Source of the DNA: Mobula hypostoma
Lineage: Eukaryota
Reading direction: 5' to 3'
Length of the DNA: 64,000 nt
NCBI RefSeq assembly: GCF_963921235.1
Contig: NC_086104.1
Coordinates: forward strand, 148,862,001-148,926,000
A program made the position numbers and the translations under genes. Positions 61,270-64,000 of the stretch are shown in pieces; within the stretch, counting starts at the first letter, position 1, and each line of letters begins with the position of its first letter. The notes beneath the pieces are model-generated. The model was not told the origin of the DNA and ran no database searches. It was given only the letters and a program-made list of their open reading frames with translations.

Positions 61270-61866
61270 TCTAGTTTATAAGAGCATATGGCAAGAAAGA
61301 TGGGACAGGGAGGCATTTATATCAAATACAAAATAGTGTTGCAGGTACTAGGGTAGGTAGTGGAAACAGAAGAGAGGAAACTGTGTGGACTAGGTTAAGG
61401 CTGGGGCACTGTACATTAAATGAAACATTGAAAATGATAGGGAAACAGCAGACAGGATTGTGTGAGGAATGTCAGGAAGAGGAGTCAGTAGAACATGTAG
61501 TTCTGAGTTGCAGCAAGTATGGGATAGAGAGAGAGATGATGAGAATTAAACTAAGGGAATTGGGGGTGCAGGAATTCACATTAAAAGGGTTGCTGGGCAT
61601 GGGTGAGAGAGCACAGGTTAGGGTATTTTTAGCTTTCTTAAGGGGTACAGGGGTTTTTTATAGGATATGATGGATAAACAGGAATAGGATACTAGGATGG
61701 CCAAAGGTGGGAGGATAAAATATAGGTTGGGGTATGTGTGTGTGTGTGATTGGGTGAAGGGGTTTAGAATGTAAGTCTATTGCACATTCAGGAGCAGAAG
61801 GTGGCAGTAATGCACCATTAAGCTGGGTGCCAACCACCGTAAAACAAGACACAGACAGACAGACAG
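61270..61866 (+). mobile_element. I-group (Nimb-like) LINE 3' fragment
   Basis: TRLRLGH...CEEC...ESVEHVVLSC (C-terminal zinc knuckle); 3' UTR GGTGGCAGTAATGCACC; (CAGA)n tail. Confidence 0.8.
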
Positions 61867-63127
61867 AGCATAGATAAACAAACATATCTCATTCCCAAGG
61901 TCAAAATATCTAATACTATAGGGCACACATTTGGGGGGAGAGTGGCTAAGATCATAGGAGATATGCAGGGCAAGTTTTGTTTTTGAAACACAGAGTGGTG
62001 GATGGTAGGAATGCACAGCCAGGGGTAGTCTTGGAAGCAAACATGATAAAGGCATTTTAGGTAGGCACATGAATGTGCAGAAAATGGTGGGATATAGATG
62101 TAATTTAGTTAGGTATTTGATTACTAGTTTAATTAGTTCAGTACACCATTGTGGGCCAAGGGCATTATTCCAGTGTTCTGCTGTACTGTTTTATTTTCTC
62201 TAACCCCTTAGAGTTTTACCTGCCTCATCTGAGACTCTATTCACATTGAACTCTATTCCACAGAAACAAAGCTAGCTTATTTAATCTTGCTTTTTTAATC
62301 TTGTTTTCTTCTCCCCTGTTCTGATATTCTGTGTCCCAGCTAATAAATGAAAAGGTCCCTTATGCATTCTGAACTACCTCACTGACTTGGCCTGCTAATT
62401 TTAAGGATCTATGTATACACCAAGATATTTCTGTTACTTCAAACACGCCAATATCCTCTTGTACTTTGTGTATTCTTTTCCCTTGTTATAATTCCCAAAA
62501 TCAATACCTTACAATACTTTGGATTAAAACTCCTTTTGTCATTTATCTACCCAATTTACCTTTTGCTCCTGCATGTTGGCTACTTTTTGTCAAGATGTAA
62601 GCACTAGTGAAAAATCACTCAATATCCAACGCATTGTCACCAATAGATTTCAATCCATAAAACTGAAAGAAGAGCAATGTCAATGTAATTACTATTGGCG
62701 ATCTCCCAGGCTTGAAGTTAATCTCTTTCACAGGTCTTATTTTTAAACTGAGTTCTTGGTTGACTTACAAGTCTAACCCTCTATGTGGTGTTGGCACTGC
62801 GACTATGTAGGAATTAAATAGCATCATAAAATTTACCCTTTCTCAGATGAAAGATTATCCCAACATAAATCAGACACAACTCCAATGCTCAGATTATAGT
62901 AGATAGTTTCTATTTTCAAAGTGTACAGTGAAATGAAAGTTTAATTTAGAGTTGAATAATACAGTATTAATCCCAATAGATACAGTATACATAGATCCCT
63001 GTAGTTGTACAAAGATATAAAATCCATGTTCTTTATCAGCTGAATAACACAATATAATAATCTCCATAAGGAACACTGTGGTATCACTCAAATATTGACA
63101 CAACTTGCAAACGTTAAGATCGAAGTA

Positions 63128-63803
63128 CAGTGGATTCCGGTTAATTAGGACACATCAGGACCAGTACATTTTGGCCCAATCAAATGGGTGCCCTAATTAA
63201 CTGAAGTTTCATGGAAATAGTTAAAAAGGTATAAAAAAGACAAACTACTGTTTAACTGAGTAACTAATTATGTAATTAAATGAAATACAGAACAAATTAG
63301 AACACTACCAATACTACTATAGAAGTGTACTAGTTCCTAATACAGTAGTTATCAATGGAGTATTAACCAGGGTACATTGTCGTGCTCTTTTGATTGATTG
63401 TAATTGAACAAAATCAGCGCAGACACTTAAGTGCAGATAAATCTTTGCCTCTGCCTTCCTGCCTGAAGTAGTGTCATAATCCACCAATAAATTTCCTGGC
63501 ACAAAGTGATCAAAAATCATGATATTTTGAATCGGTGCCTTTTGGCCCAAATGGATAACACAAGTACATGCAACTGAAGCCATTTAAAAACTGTTCGCTG
63601 TAAGCACAGCATAGTTTCTAATGGCCACACAAGTGCTTGCTAGTTAGAAACTGTTCTACAAGTCTCCTGTTCCAATTAAGCAGTACAGTGTCCCAATTAA
63701 ACAAAGGCAACACCAGCTAATTTCTCGATTTGTTTTTGTTCTTTTTTGTCTCAAATAAACAGCTGCCCGATTAACCAATGGCCCAAATAACTGGAAGCCA
63801 CCG
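63128..63803. mobile_element. pogo/Tigger-like MITE
   Basis: TA-CAGTGGATTCCGGTTAATT...AAATAACTGGAAGCCACCG-TA; repeated CCCAATTAA subterminal motifs. Confidence 0.75.
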
Positions 63804-64000
63804 TATATCCCAAGATCTCAATGTCTAAAAATTATAAAAACATTAATTAAAATCTTGCATCCCACAGTTTAAGAAATTATAGCATCAACTGCAATAATGA
63901 TTACAAGATAAAATTTACAGAATTCAGGTTTAAAATTTTCGTACATCTTAGTGTTCCTAATGATTGAAATTAATTACCATCTTATAGGAAATATATATTA

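Noticed and set aside
59550-64000. Short ORFs in the AT-rich right end
   Set aside because: No recognisable domains or consistent splice structure apart from transposon remnants.

Overview
This is repeat-rich vertebrate genomic DNA. The repeat families (CR1, Rex1/Babar, Penelope, V-SINE/HE1-like) and the H2B N-terminal tail suggest a cartilaginous fish, probably a ray; this is an inference. The one complete host gene is the DEAD-box helicase DDX56 on the minus strand. I reconstructed it by hand as 14 GT-AG exons, CDS 39774->12184, 1671 nt, 556 aa, with consistent phases. Upstream of it is a small decaying replication-dependent histone locus: two tandem H3 pseudogenes and one H2B gene. The H2B keeps its promoter and 3' stem-loop, its CDS is partly N-masked, and its expected divergent H2A partner seems to be missing. 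A CpG-rich promoter with a candidate first exon of an unidentified minus-strand gene lies at about 8.1-8.5 kb. The rest is nested transposons: a young CR1, Rex1, L1/Tx1, I/Nimb, Penelope, RTE-type SINEs, V-SINEs and Tc1/mariner, hAT, pogo and Harbinger MITEs. The most interesting signals are (1) an in-register U_UUA_AAU slippery heptamer at the CR1 ORF1/ORF2 junction, where ORF2 has no usable AUG, (2) many dispersed minimal hammerhead-ribozyme motifs in Penelope termini, and (3) a partly HDV-like fold at the 5' end of an RTE-type SINE. All calls were made by eye, with no database searches; transposon boundaries are approximate.
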